A stretch of 64,000 bases of DNA from a virus (Duplodnaviria > Heunggongvirae > Uroviricota > Caudoviricetes > Crassvirales). The stretch is taken from IMG/VR virus record IMGVR_UViG_3300033069_000976, positions 29,013-93,012 of that record, one strand, 5' to 3'. Under the pieces are notes generated by a model. It worked only from the letters and a program-made list of their open reading frames with translations. It was not told the DNA's origin and did not search any database. Shown in pieces: positions 1-10,994 of this stretch; position 1 is the first letter of the stretch, and each line of letters begins with the position of its first letter. A program made the translations under genes and the position numbers.

Positions 1-3000
1 AAAGCCATGTCATTCTGAGAATTACCTTTAGTACTTGGAACCTCATTCACAAAAGATTGTGCAGCTTCTTGAGCACTAATCTTAGCTGCTGCCAATCTTT
101 CTTTTAAAGATGGTCTTGCCTTTTTAACTTCTTTTTTTTCTGGTGTAACCTGTCCCTTTTCTTCTCCCTCTTCCTCTTCTTCTTCTTCCTTTGCAATTGG
201 TTGTTTACCTTTTTTAGCTGCTTCTATCCTTTCTTTTAAAGTTAGACTCTTTTTTGTAGAAGGCTTCTTTGCCACTTCACCATCTGTATCTTCGGCAGTA
301 AAAGTATTTTCTTCTGCTTCCTTTTTTGAAGCTGCTTTTTTCTTAGTAGTAGTCTCTACTACTTCATCCTCTCTAGGAACAATAGTAGAATACTTCTGTA
401 TAAATGGTTCTGAACCATCTATAGGTAATTGTAAATTATTTGTTAAAGGAACATCAGACCTCTTTTTACCATTCTCTTCTTTATCATCCAGAGTTTCATC
501 CAGAGCAAAAGTTGGGGATAATAAATAATGCTGATAAGATTGCCATACCCTTGTTTGTGGTACACCTTCTTTATCAAATCCAGTAATTTCTACAAATTTA
601 TCATTACTCTTTAGAGTAGCTGCATTTACATTTTGATAAGCTCCTTTTATGATTTTTATAAGTCCTGCCTTTACTTCTGGTAAAGCAAGGAATTCTGATG
701 TAAATGATGCTTTAAAACCAGTTGGTCCTATATTTAGATTACCTTTATTATCAATCCAGAACTGGTTTCTGGCAGCAGCTTTTGGTTTATCTCCTGTAGT
801 AGGGTCTCCAAATAACATTACATCTCTTAGGAATTTAACTACTGAAGTATTCCATTTTTCTCCTTTCTTAGTGGCAGCCAGAGTTTGGAATGATTTATAT
901 ATAATCTCTGCTTCCTGATCTGTAAAGTTTCTGTTATTCAGGAAAGCTGTAGAGTTTCCATTTACAAGTACAACTCTGCCAGGAGTATATTTCTTAGATA
1001 TACCATTAACATTTATTGTACCATCTATAGATACCTGAACAAGTCCTTTCTGCCCTATCTGTTCTTCACTGATTAAATTCTCAGTTACATTATAAGCTAT
1101 ATTAGTTTTGTTCCTTTGTGGTATACCGCCACTAACTGTAAATTCATATATCTCTGGTTCAGTAGCAGCTAACCACTTGGCTCTCATGCCTTTATACCAG
1201 TTATGCCAATCCTCTTCACTAACATCTTTAGGTACAGAATACCTGTCTCCTCTTGAAGAAGTTAGTTTATCTGAAGCCATTACAGATATAACATACTCAT
1301 CAGGATTTTCAGTAGCTTTACCATTTACATCTACAAATTTACCATCTGTATTGGAGTATATAGCTACAACTGTATTATCTACATCAGGAACATCATATCC
1401 TGCAAGAGCTTTATCCATTATACCAGCAGGAGCATTACTATTATTCACCAGAGTTACCCTTATTTCAGAGGCTTTTTCCGGAGGCATCCTTGATACATTA
1501 TTTAGGAAACTATTGTGTCTCCTTACATTTTCTAAAACAGTCTGGTTAGTTGATTTACTCTCATCTACTGTAGAGGCAATAGAAGTTATTCTCTTTTTAG
1601 GAGAATCTTTCTCATTCTCTATATCCCCTTTAGTATCAGTATTATCACTGGAAGGTTGGTTTACCTTTGTTCCAAAGATACCCTGTAAAAATTTAGCATC
1701 TGCTTCAGCTTGTTTTTTAGCAGCTTCAGCTCTTTTATGTTGTAAAGCTATATCGTTAAACTTATTAACAATAACTTCTTTAGCTACATATTGTTTTTCC
1801 AGTAATGGCAGTTCTTCCATTACATCCTTTATATTAGCTTTTAATTCAGCTATTAATTTTTCTAAAGGCTTTATCTCAAACTCTTCCATCTCTCCAATCA
1901 TACCCTCAAGGTCAGCCAAATCTTGTTTAAAATCTGGTCTTAACTTTAAGAAATTAGGATTAGCCTTTAAGAAGTCTATAAATTCCTGACTATATATATC
2001 AGTAGGGACATTAGGATAACCTTTTTGGAAAGCTTCAATATTTTCCTGTATCCATGCAATAGCAGTATCCAGAGCCTTCTCTGTTTTTTCCAATAACCTG
2101 GTAGCCTGGGTAATAGATTTAGCAGTCTCATCTATAAGAATACCTAGGTCAAGAGCTTGTTCATTTAATTCCTCCTGAAAATCAGCAGAGTCAGTAGGTA
2201 GCTCATCAATATTTTGAGCAAGGTCATAGAAATACTCCAAATTAAACTCTAACTCTTCCTTCTCACCTTCTAAAGCTTCAATTTCTTGAGTAAGAGTATC
2301 TCTTAATCTTACTAATTTCTTAGCAGCATTTAAAGCCCTTTGAGTGAAAGCATTGAAATTATTTCTCTTAGTTAACTCTCCAGCTTTTATTTTGCCTTCA
2401 AGTTTATCTAACTCAATTACAGTATTATCTAATTGCCTATACTTTTCTTCTAAGGATTTCTTTACCTTTTCAATTCTGTCACCTGTTTCATCTACAATAG
2501 ACTCAATGATTTGAAGTCTTGCAGCTCTTTTCTCCTGTATCCTATCATCTTTCTCCTTAGCAAAATCCTGTAAAGTTTTTTCTTCAGCAACAGTAAGTGT
2601 TCCTACTTTAGTAATAAGGGCTTGTTTGTAACCATTTTTAGGAACAAACTGATCACCAGTAACCTCTATGGTTTTTGTTTTATTACCATCTACATAAACA
2701 AACTCCAGTATCCTGTCTTTAGGGGAATATCTTAATCTACCTTTTCTTTTTTTACCTTTACCAAAATTAAATTCAAATATATTATTAATATTATCGAAAT
2801 AATATTTTGCTTTTTTATTGTTAAGTGTATCAGATACCTTACCTGGCTTATACTTTATAAACTCTTCTTTAGATACATTTCTTATACCATCCTTATCTTT
2901 TACTTGTATAGTACCATCTGGATTTTCTCCAAGTACAGTAAATTTAGGAAATAAATATACATCTCTTCCCTTAGCATCTTTCTTAACATAGTCACCTAGA

Positions 3001-5330
3001 TAGTACTCTGTACCTATCTCAATATCTTCTTCACCATCTTTAGTGGTTATCTTAATAGTTTTGGGTTTAACTATTCCATTCTCATCCACAATAGTAGTAT
3101 CGGATGGCGTAAGTATTTTTTCATCAGGTTCATCATATTTCTCAGGTGATGTAGCTATATCATTATATTCTTTTAAAAATGACTGCCTCTTATTAGTCAT
3201 TATATAAATATCATTCAAATCCCTTTTTAGATCAGAAATCTCATCTACAGTGCCATTTATATTATTGACAAAAGTTTCAATATCCTTTTTTGATATTTCA
3301 AAAGCTTCTTTGTCATTTTTAACAATACTGTCAATCATAGACTGTACAGGAATACCTTTCGACAAGGGTATTTGAGAAAGCTCAGATATTCTGGTATCAT
3401 AGTCTGCTATTTTAGAAACAGCATAAGCCATTTTATCTATAACACTTTCACTATATAGCTTCTTTTTAGAACCATCAGGTAATTCTAAATACTGACCCCC
3501 ATATTTTAAATATAAAGCTTCATAAGTTGTCTTAGCTAAATCTGCATGTTTTTCAAAGTTACTAAGGCGTTTCCCAAAAGATAGAACAGTGTCATTTTCA
3601 TTAGCATATCCTTCTTTTTTTAATCTATCAAGCCCTTCTTTAGTAGCTCCTTGATTTCTTAACCCGGCTATATCTTCTTTTACAAGGTCATATCTACCAT
3701 GCTTTATTCTAACAGCAAGATAATTATTCATTAAATCTGCTTCATTATCTTTAGTAGATAAAATATCCCCTTGTCTTATAAAACTTTCTCCTTCATACAT
3801 TAAATTAACCCCTCTAGCAGCAGCATCTTTCATATCTGAAAACCACTTTAAACTAGATGTATTATTAATTTCCTGTACTTGTTTATCAGTTGCTGCACCC
3901 TGTAATCCGCCTTCTCCTAAAAATCCTCTTTGTTTTATATTACCCCTGATTTGCTGCATTCCTCCAGATAAACCACCCAGAAGTATACTTTCCATACCCT
4001 CTTTAGTCTGTACTTTTTTAACCCCCTCCACTAAAGAATCTATAAAAGATGCACCTTCCCCACCATATCTCTTATTATAATAATCCTTTGTACCTTCCTG
4101 AAAAACAAATTGAGCACCTTCTTCAAAGGCTTCACTACCAGAAAAGAATAATCCACCGCCTTTATAAATATTTTTAGCTACTTTTTCTAATCCTTTAGGT
4201 GCAACCCTTTCTAGAGTACCATCTAATAGTCTTCTAGTAGCACCTACCTCTCCCATAGCCGCAGCTTCTGTATTAGCAAGTGCTTTGGAAGTAGAATATC
4301 TACTACCTAATATCTTTGGTAATTGAATATAGTTAGTAGCAGATAATAATCCCAAATTCATAATAAATCTAGCATTTCCTAATGAAGTACTTTCTTCATT
4401 AATCTTAGCCATCTCATCAGCATTTGGCATCCGAAAATTCTTAGCTCTAAACTCTTCTACTTTACTTTCTCTAAATTCGTTTAGACCTTGTAAAGCCTCT
4501 ATTCCACCTTCTGTAGCAGCCCCAAAAAAAGAAGTTACTGCCCTATCTACCTGTGTAGCAGATAATTTAGGGAGAGCTTTTGTCAAAGTTTCTACAAATT
4601 TAGTTACTCTTGCAGCAACTGGGGTTTGTGGCAGTACTTGTTCCAAAGTTTCTGTTAAAGCTGCTAATTGTCTGGCATCAGATAGTAATCCAACACCTTT
4701 CATAGCTGTAGATAAAGCCTTGGATACTACTCCACCTGAGTATATAGCACCTATTGAAAAGCCTATATTCTTTATTACTTTATCCCATAAAAAATTAGCA
4801 GTAAAAAAATTATCTGGAGAATACCAAGCTGCATTTGTTTCTTGTGCTGTATAATAATTAGGTAAAACATTTTCAGCTTCCTTATTAATTTTCTCTAAAT
4901 AATTAGAAAAATCATTATTGTAGAAACTGTTTAAACCATTTCCACCAACTACATTTGCCAAGCCATTTACTAAACCTACTGTGCCCTGAAGAAAAGTTGT
5001 ACCAGCTAATGTCAAACCTTTTAAAACACCATTAGCTGCTTTGTCCCAGTTACTTTGCATCTGACCATATAAATCCTCATTATCCCACCCAACTAATTGT
5101 TTATCATATCTACCTGTTTGGTCTACAAGCTTTGGAGATATTAATTGTGGTTTAAAAGGATTTTGAAAAGAATTCAATATTAAATTTCCCTGATTTTGCA
5201 GGGAACTATTTATCTGATCTAAAGACATATCAGCAATAGGCACAGAGGGACCAGGACCAAAGGAAGGAAGACTTCCCATTTTCCCAAAATTAGACTCATT
5301 TAATTTATTCTCGAACTCTGTATTAGGCAT
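1..5330 (-). CDS. Giant virion protein, partial (>1776 aa; the 3' end runs off the window start). It has a Gly-rich N-terminal part, a central coiled-coil-like region and an acidic E-rich tail near position 1.
   Basis: ATG at 5330-5328 overlaps the upstream stop (TAATG). The frame (codon first positions = 2 mod 3) stays open to nt 1. The plus-strand ORFs 649..918 and 1108..1989 are antisense shadows. It is the last gene of the minus-strand virion operon. Confidence 0.55.
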   Translation of the reverse strand, partial: MPNTEFENKLNESNFGKMGSLPSFGPGPSVPIADMSLDQINSSLQNQGNLILNSFQNPFKPQLISPKLVDQTGRYDKQLVGWDNEDLYGQMQSNWDKAANGVLKGLTLAGTTFLQGTVGLVNGLANVVGGNGLNSFYNNDFSNYLEKINKEAENVLPNYYTAQETNAAWYSPDNFFTANFLWDKVIKNIGFSIGAIYSGGVVSKALSTAMKGVGLLSDARQLAALTETLEQVLPQTPVAARVTKFVETLTKALPKLSATQVDRAVTSFFGAATEGGIEALQGLNEFRESKVEEFRAKNFRMPNADEMAKINEESTSLGNARFIMNLGLLSATNYIQLPKILGSRYSTSKALANTEAAAMGEVGATRRLLDGTLERVAPKGLEKVAKNIYKGGGLFFSGSEAFEEGAQFVFQEGTKDYYNKRYGGEGASFIDSLVEGVKKVQTKEGMESILLGGLSGGMQQIRGNIKQRGFLGEGGLQGAATDKQVQEINNTSSLKWFSDMKDAAARGVNLMYEGESFIRQGDILSTKDNEADLMNNYLAVRIKHGRYDLVKEDIAGLRNQGATKEGLDRLKKEGYANENDTVLSFGKRLSNFEKHADLAKTTYEALYLKYGGQYLELPDGSKKKLYSESVIDKMAYAVSKIADYDTRISELSQIPLSKGIPVQSMIDSIVKNDKEAFEISKKDIETFVNNINGTVDEISDLKRDLNDIYIMTNKRQSFLKEYNDIATSPEKYDEPDEKILTPSDTTIVDENGIVKPKTIKITTKDGEEDIEIGTEYYLGDYVKKDAKGRDVYLFPKFTVLGENPDGTIQVKDKDGIRNVSKEEFIKYKPGKVSDTLNNKKAKYYFDNINNIFEFNFGKGKKRKGRLRYSPKDRILEFVYVDGNKTKTIEVTGDQFVPKNGYKQALITKVGTLTVAEEKTLQDFAKEKDDRIQEKRAARLQIIESIVDETGDRIEKVKKSLEEKYRQLDNTVIELDKLEGKIKAGELTKRNNFNAFTQRALNAAKKLVRLRDTLTQEIEALEGEKEELEFNLEYFYDLAQNIDELPTDSADFQEELNEQALDLGILIDETAKSITQATRLLEKTEKALDTAIAWIQENIEAFQKGYPNVPTDIYSQEFIDFLKANPNFLKLRPDFKQDLADLEGMIGEMEEFEIKPLEKLIAELKANIKDVMEELPLLEKQYVAKEVIVNKFNDIALQHKRAEAAKKQAEADAKFLQGIFGTKVNQPSSDNTDTKGDIENEKDSPKKRITSIASTVDESKSTNQTVLENVRRHNSFLNNVSRMPPEKASEIRVTLVNNSNAPAGIMDKALAGYDVPDVDNTVVAIYSNTDGKFVDVNGKATENPDEYVISVMASDKLTSSRGDRYSVPKDVSEEDWHNWYKGMRAKWLAATEPEIYEFTVSGGIPQRNKTNIAYNVTENLISEEQIGQKGLVQVSIDGTINVNGISKKYTPGRVVLVNGNSTAFLNNRNFTDQEAEIIYKSFQTLAATKKGEKWNTSVVKFLRDVMLFGDPTTGDKPKAAARNQFWIDNKGNLNIGPTGFKASFTSEFLALPEVKAGLIKIIKGAYQNVNAATLKSNDKFVEITGFDKEGVPQTRVWQSYQHYLLSPTFALDETLDDKEENGKKRSDVPLTNNLQLPIDGSEPFIQKYSTIVPREDEVVETTTKKKAASKKEAEENTFTAEDTDGEVAKKPSTKKSLTLKERIEAAKKGKQPIAKEEEEEEEGEEKGQVTPEKKEVKKARPSLKERLAAAKISAQEAAQSFVNEVPSTKGNSQNDMA

Positions 5331-7882
5331 TATCTTCCTGATTTAATTTTTTGTGCAATATTTAACTCTACCCAATTCTTATCCTGTAACTTATTAACAG
5401 CAGCCATAATAGCCTCTTCTGACATGTCTTGGTTTAAACCATTATGTTCCCCAATAATCTCACCATCAATAATCATATCTGTTTTAGTAGCTGTTCTATC
5501 TTGTTTTGCTACCCACCATCTTAATTTATGAGCACCTTCTCCATTAGATATAACATTATATTTTACAATATATGGAGATCCTGGTCCCTGATATGCTTGG
5601 TAAGCATCTGTAAAACTATTACCAGTATACATACCTCTGTTCAAATTTAGCTTAGTTTGGAACTTTTGTCTAAAGGCTGAATATTGATTTTCTTCTGGGA
5701 ACATCCTTAGATATTCTGAACCAGGTATTTTAATAGTTGCTTTCTCCTCTCCATTTTGTACTGAAAGGAATCCTTCTTGTGTAGTAGGATTTAAGTATCT
5801 GCTATAAATATTTTGTTTAAGCACATCGGGTTTACCAAAAAGAAGAGACTCGAACTTTTTATAATCCCCTTTATCAGAACCAGGATTTAGGTCAGTTACT
5901 TGTGTAACTGCTGATGCATAATTAGTTCTTGTAATATCATTTAAATTAGATGGAACAGTAACTGTATATCCAACAGGGGACTTTTGCCTTTCCATATAGG
6001 CATTCTCTTTTTCTTTTACCACATTTAATAATGTGGGATTTTTAGCAAGTACTTTAGAAGCTTTATCAAAAGCTTCTTTTAAAGCTTGTGGAACTGCCTG
6101 TACATATTCTCCATATCCAACATTATTAGTTCCGATATTCATACCAACTTCCCAATCATTACCATATTTTTGTTTCAACCCAAGTTCAGTTGATTGCCAA
6201 CCACTTAACTTATTTTTTACTATATAAGCTTTTGTAAAATCGGAAGCAGCTTCTTTAGACACTTTAACTTCTTGGCTTATGGTATTTACTAAAGCATCCA
6301 TTTGTGGAGCAAAAGCTGTTTCTACATCGTTAACTATCTTTTTAGATAACTCTAAGTTAGCATAGTTATCTTGTGATTTTGTATATAAATCATATAATTT
6401 CTTATCATTCTGTATAAGAGTACCAACACCATTAGATGAAGCTGCTTCATCAAAAAATTTCTTAGCTACAGCATTTGCATCATTTTCTGTTTTATAATCC
6501 TTTCCTGTACCAACATTTGGAACCCATGTACCAGTAGCATCATCTTTATAATAAGGTACTGGAACTCCCTGTTTAACAGCAAGGTTATATGCCAACTCTC
6601 TCATACTTTGAGTATATACATATTGATTTTTACTAATATCCTCTCTTGCTGTATTTTCATTTTTTATTACTTCAGTAGGATTTAAGGCTGTAGGACTTTT
6701 TACACCTTCAGCTTCTTCCTTAGCCTTCTTTGCCTCCCTTGCTTCTTTAGTAGCTGCTAAATTGTAATTAGCTACATCCATTTCTTTATCCCAAGCAAAT
6801 TTATCCGTTGCAAGTTTATGCTGCATAGACCACTGCTGCATCTGAATATTCCATTTACTCATTTCAAAAGAGGTCTCCCATAAAGGATTTTTCTCCATTA
6901 CTTTTGAAGTGTATGCACCTATTAAACTTGATAGAGTTTGTTGAGAAACTATATTAGCTTTTACAGCATCTGGATTAATTGTTAATCCTTCTTTGTAAGT
7001 AGATAGAGACTCTATCTGCCCTTTGTTTAATTCTTTTAAACTTTGTATACTTGCTTGGGCATCTTTGTCTCCAACAGCAGCTTTAGCAGATAAGCTTAAT
7101 ATAAGCTCTTCATTTTTCTTTATTATCTGGTTAGCCCTTTCCTCTATTCCCTGATATATTTCAGAGGGCTTTTTTCCTCTGAACATAAATTTACCATCTA
7201 TTTGTAATTGTTGTTGAACATTGGCATCACCTTTCACCAGATTCCAAACAGCTTGTACTTGTTCAGCAGTCTTTCCTTTAAATATAACTGGGTTAATTTC
7301 CCTTTCTCCTTTAGAGTTAATCCTTGTCATATCTTCATCTGGATTCTCTGTTGGGTTTGTCTCTTTCCAATATTTTAAAAATATGTCAATTTTATCTGTA
7401 TAAGGAGTAAAGCTATCTTTAAAAGAAGTGGAAACATTCTTGTCACTTAACCATTCATTTGCTGAATCAGTAAATACTGTCTCATTAGCTATATTTGATT
7501 TACCAGCTTTTCTGGCTGCTTCTATATCAGCTATACCTTTCCTGTAATTACCAGTTGATATTACAGCATTTTGTACTATAGGGTCTTTATAAATATGTAC
7601 AGCAGCTCCACCAATCTGGTTGGTTATTCTACTATCAGAGAAATCCCCAGACAGATTCTTGGCAATACCCTGCTTAACCTCATTGAGTTTAGTAGATACA
7701 TATTGTTTATGCTCTTCCTTAGCTATATCCAACCCAGCTATAGTATCCACATAGGCTTGTACCTTAGCAATTCCTTGCTTAAAGTCTTGTTCCTTCTGCA
7801 TACCTACAGCTACCATTGCTTGAACAGGGGTAGTCTCGATGTAAGGATTGAACTGAATTGGTTGATCGGTAAAATTCGACAT
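5330..7882 (-). CDS. Large virion/internal protein (850 aa), function unknown
   Basis: Long ORF in the structural operon, with a start/stop overlap with the downstream gene. Confidence 0.5.
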   Translation of the reverse strand: MSNFTDQPIQFNPYIETTPVQAMVAVGMQKEQDFKQGIAKVQAYVDTIAGLDIAKEEHKQYVSTKLNEVKQGIAKNLSGDFSDSRITNQIGGAAVHIYKDPIVQNAVISTGNYRKGIADIEAARKAGKSNIANETVFTDSANEWLSDKNVSTSFKDSFTPYTDKIDIFLKYWKETNPTENPDEDMTRINSKGEREINPVIFKGKTAEQVQAVWNLVKGDANVQQQLQIDGKFMFRGKKPSEIYQGIEERANQIIKKNEELILSLSAKAAVGDKDAQASIQSLKELNKGQIESLSTYKEGLTINPDAVKANIVSQQTLSSLIGAYTSKVMEKNPLWETSFEMSKWNIQMQQWSMQHKLATDKFAWDKEMDVANYNLAATKEAREAKKAKEEAEGVKSPTALNPTEVIKNENTAREDISKNQYVYTQSMRELAYNLAVKQGVPVPYYKDDATGTWVPNVGTGKDYKTENDANAVAKKFFDEAASSNGVGTLIQNDKKLYDLYTKSQDNYANLELSKKIVNDVETAFAPQMDALVNTISQEVKVSKEAASDFTKAYIVKNKLSGWQSTELGLKQKYGNDWEVGMNIGTNNVGYGEYVQAVPQALKEAFDKASKVLAKNPTLLNVVKEKENAYMERQKSPVGYTVTVPSNLNDITRTNYASAVTQVTDLNPGSDKGDYKKFESLLFGKPDVLKQNIYSRYLNPTTQEGFLSVQNGEEKATIKIPGSEYLRMFPEENQYSAFRQKFQTKLNLNRGMYTGNSFTDAYQAYQGPGSPYIVKYNVISNGEGAHKLRWWVAKQDRTATKTDMIIDGEIIGEHNGLNQDMSEEAIMAAVNKLQDKNWVELNIAQKIKSGR

Positions 7883-7968
7883 TAGTAATAATTGACAAAG
7901 ATAGAAAGGAAATATGACATTTCCAAATTTTTCTACCTAATTAGTGAAAAAAGTGTAACTTTTATAGT

Positions 7969-10900
7969 TTAATTTGAACCTTTATATTTTTTAATAATAC
8001 TTCCATTGAATTTCAAATCACCAAGTTGCTTCTGCAATTCCAGGTATTTTTTATCCCTTACATAAGTGGGTTCAATAGTTTCTTTCTTTGATTTTTCAAC
8101 ACCATTCTCATAAGTAGTTTGAGTCTTCTTATCAGTAGCAGCGAAAGGATTAGTACCTATTTGAGTAGGAAAAGTAACATATTGTTCACCACCTGGACCT
8201 TGTTTAACTACTTGATAGTTATTATCAAAGTCATAGTGAGGGAACAGGTTCTTATATGTGTTTAACAAATTATTAGAGGCTTTCTTCTGCAATATCTTGG
8301 AAGATATAGAGTTAAGAGCATTTGTCCTATTCTGTTTAGTTATACTCTTAGCTTGGTTTTGTCTAACATACTGTTGATCAATTAGGGATATATTCTTTAG
8401 TTTTGCATCATTTAATAATGCCACATTCTTATTAGTTATATCATTAGATATAGCCTGATTAGTCCTGAACTCTTCAGCTAATACAGCATCATTAGCAGAA
8501 TACTGTTGTCCAGCCATAGTAGCTAGAGCTTCTGGATTACCAGCCATAGTACTCTGTAAAGCATTGAATGTCTTAGAGTTCTGATTAATCCTGTCCTGGA
8601 AAGATACCTGATAAGGTGTATATAGGTCTGGATTATACCTTTGTCCTTCTACAAAATCTGGTCTATCAAATAATGCAGCAGTTTCTCCCATCACTTGAGA
8701 AAGTTCAAGTTTATCTTTTGTAGGATTTATCTTCCAAGGTTCTACTTTCTGCCATTGAAAAGGGTCCGAACCTTTAGCTGGTTGATTAGGTGTATTAGGT
8801 TTCTTACCATCCATAGCAGCTATTTCTTCAGGTGTTAAACCCTTTAGCTGTGGAGTAGGTAAACTAAAATCAGGAATACTATAAAAGTCAGTGTTAAAAG
8901 CCTTAGCCTTTGTTGGGAACTCCTTATTATCAGTTGCAGTTATATTTTTAACATACTCCCTTGTCTGAGTTCTCCATAAAGAAGGGTCTTTTGAAGGTCT
9001 TTTTTTAAAATCCTCTTCTTGAAAAGCTAACCATTCATCCCCTGTAATATTATCTTTTCCAAGTTTCTTTTTAGCGTGGTTAATAGTTCCTTCCCCACCG
9101 TTATAGGCAGCAAGAGCTAGTTTTATATCACCATTGTACTTATATAATAAATTTTCTAATTCAGTAGCACCAGCAGCTAAAACAGCTCTAACATCATTGA
9201 CATCAGTAGATGTTAATTGTTTTTGAGATATTCCATACTTTTTAGCTACTTTAGGAGTAAGCATAACTATCCCTTTAGCATTTACACCAGTACGAGGATT
9301 TTTTCTTGATTCCCGAGTAGGGTCATAACCACTTTCTTGAGTTACCAGTCTATGAAATATTTCAGGATCATAATCTAAATTTTGTCTAGCAGCTTCCCTT
9401 ACAAGTCCTTCATAAGGATTACTATATAAATCTGGAAGTTCTATAGGATCATGAGCTGGGGCAGCAGTCACACCACTTTGAGCTTTGATTATCTTACCAT
9501 GTTTGGCAAAAGCTTGTTCTCCTTCTATTTCAAGTTGTGCCTCCTGTAATTCAGCAAGGTGAGCTTTAGAATCGGCTATTTGCTTTAGCTTAGTGGCAGC
9601 TCCTTCCATCATAGCTCTACCAGAATTGAAAGCTAATCTTTCAAACTTATCTGTAGGGTCTTTTTCATTAACTAACTTAGTACCTTTATCCAGATACTTG
9701 GTTAATTTTTGTTCTTTTTTCATTATTTCTTTAGCGTCTTTCTTATAAGTTCTTCCAGTTACTGGATTTATCAGGTCTCCAAAAACAACACCTTTACCTT
9801 CTATTTTAGCAAAAGGTTCTCCACCCTCAGCTTCAAATGGTTGACCATTAAAAGAAGAAGTAATTCCACCCTTTTCATGAGAGTCCCCAGTAAATAAGTG
9901 TGTACCACCATCAAACATATTCTCAGATACTTTAGGAGCATTACCTCCTTCATAGGTCATAAGCCCTTGTCCTTGATGAGAAGCTTTAATAGATTTTCCT
10001 TTCTTTGCAATAGCTTGTGAACCAGTACCATAAGCATATGGATTATAAGCTAAGGTATTATCTATCTTTCTTCTTTCTCCTTCTGGACCCATTAACATCT
10101 GAGCCATTCCTATACCAGAGGTTATAGCCTCTCCAACACCAAATGAAGGGTGGTTATTTTTACTCTGTTGATGGTCAACAGTTGCTTTTCCATTTGTTTT
10201 TTGAAACTTAGTTTTAACACTGGATGTAGGAATCGGTGTACCAAAACCCTGGTCTACAAATTGTGGTTGTTGATTTGGATCATAATTTGGATTAGCTTGA
10301 ACAGGTTGAGCATCTGGATTTACTGGTATAGTATTATCATACTGATCTCCCCATAACATTTCATCCTTTTGCTCTTGAGTAATTAACCCCTTTTTCTTTC
10401 CAGTAAAGAACCCTCCCTGTGCTTTAGGTATTTTACCCTTCATGGACTTACCATGTTTAGCTACGGGTGCAATAGGCATCTCATTTATACTATGATGCAT
10501 AAACTCTGGTCTATACACATTACTATCAGGAGTGTTGTTGTTAAAATAGTCTATATTACCTTTAATACTCTCCAGTAGGGTTGGAGAATCATTACCTTGT
10601 AAACCACTATATCTACCTTCTACAGTGTGTATAGCTTTTTTCTTAAGGTCTATAGATGTCCCCTTCTGGGCTTTAATTCTTTTTTCTTTAACAGTTCCTT
10701 TCATAATAGTAGTATCTTGTGGTCCAGTAAGTATTTTTTGTTTACCAGTAGCATCTTTCAGTAATACAGGTTGTCCATTATCTAAACCACGAAATATATT
10801 ATTACCCTGCATAGGAAATTCCATTTCCGTATACATAGGGTTGTTTAATCCCACAAACTGCTGTTCAGGAGTAACTGCTAAACCTTTTTTGGCTTTTGGG

Positions 10901-10992
10901 AAAGCCTTGAAGAAAGATGCTTCATCAGGATACTTCTCATAAAATTCTTTCTCTGTTTTTACCCCTGCTAATTTTAGAAATTTGTGTTTCAT
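7969..10992 (-). CDS. Virion protein with a lytic transglycosylase (SLT) domain (1007 aa), a likely injection or cell-wall-penetration protein
   Basis: SLT motifs: catalytic TQESGYDP, GIVMLTP (GLMQ-like) and AAYNGGEG (AYNAG-like). A Q/N-rich N-terminal half is present. Confidence 0.65.
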   Translation of the reverse strand: MKHKFLKLAGVKTEKEFYEKYPDEASFFKAFPKAKKGLAVTPEQQFVGLNNPMYTEMEFPMQGNNIFRGLDNGQPVLLKDATGKQKILTGPQDTTIMKGTVKEKRIKAQKGTSIDLKKKAIHTVEGRYSGLQGNDSPTLLESIKGNIDYFNNNTPDSNVYRPEFMHHSINEMPIAPVAKHGKSMKGKIPKAQGGFFTGKKKGLITQEQKDEMLWGDQYDNTIPVNPDAQPVQANPNYDPNQQPQFVDQGFGTPIPTSSVKTKFQKTNGKATVDHQQSKNNHPSFGVGEAITSGIGMAQMLMGPEGERRKIDNTLAYNPYAYGTGSQAIAKKGKSIKASHQGQGLMTYEGGNAPKVSENMFDGGTHLFTGDSHEKGGITSSFNGQPFEAEGGEPFAKIEGKGVVFGDLINPVTGRTYKKDAKEIMKKEQKLTKYLDKGTKLVNEKDPTDKFERLAFNSGRAMMEGAATKLKQIADSKAHLAELQEAQLEIEGEQAFAKHGKIIKAQSGVTAAPAHDPIELPDLYSNPYEGLVREAARQNLDYDPEIFHRLVTQESGYDPTRESRKNPRTGVNAKGIVMLTPKVAKKYGISQKQLTSTDVNDVRAVLAAGATELENLLYKYNGDIKLALAAYNGGEGTINHAKKKLGKDNITGDEWLAFQEEDFKKRPSKDPSLWRTQTREYVKNITATDNKEFPTKAKAFNTDFYSIPDFSLPTPQLKGLTPEEIAAMDGKKPNTPNQPAKGSDPFQWQKVEPWKINPTKDKLELSQVMGETAALFDRPDFVEGQRYNPDLYTPYQVSFQDRINQNSKTFNALQSTMAGNPEALATMAGQQYSANDAVLAEEFRTNQAISNDITNKNVALLNDAKLKNISLIDQQYVRQNQAKSITKQNRTNALNSISSKILQKKASNNLLNTYKNLFPHYDFDNNYQVVKQGPGGEQYVTFPTQIGTNPFAATDKKTQTTYENGVEKSKKETIEPTYVRDKKYLELQKQLGDLKFNGSIIKKYKGSN

Positions 10993-10994
10993 AT

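Noticed and set aside
649-1989. Plus-strand ORFs 649..918 and 1108..1989
   Set aside because: They lie antisense to a continuous minus-strand frame (1..5330) with a proper start and operon context. Their low-complexity L/S-rich translations are typical shadow ORFs.
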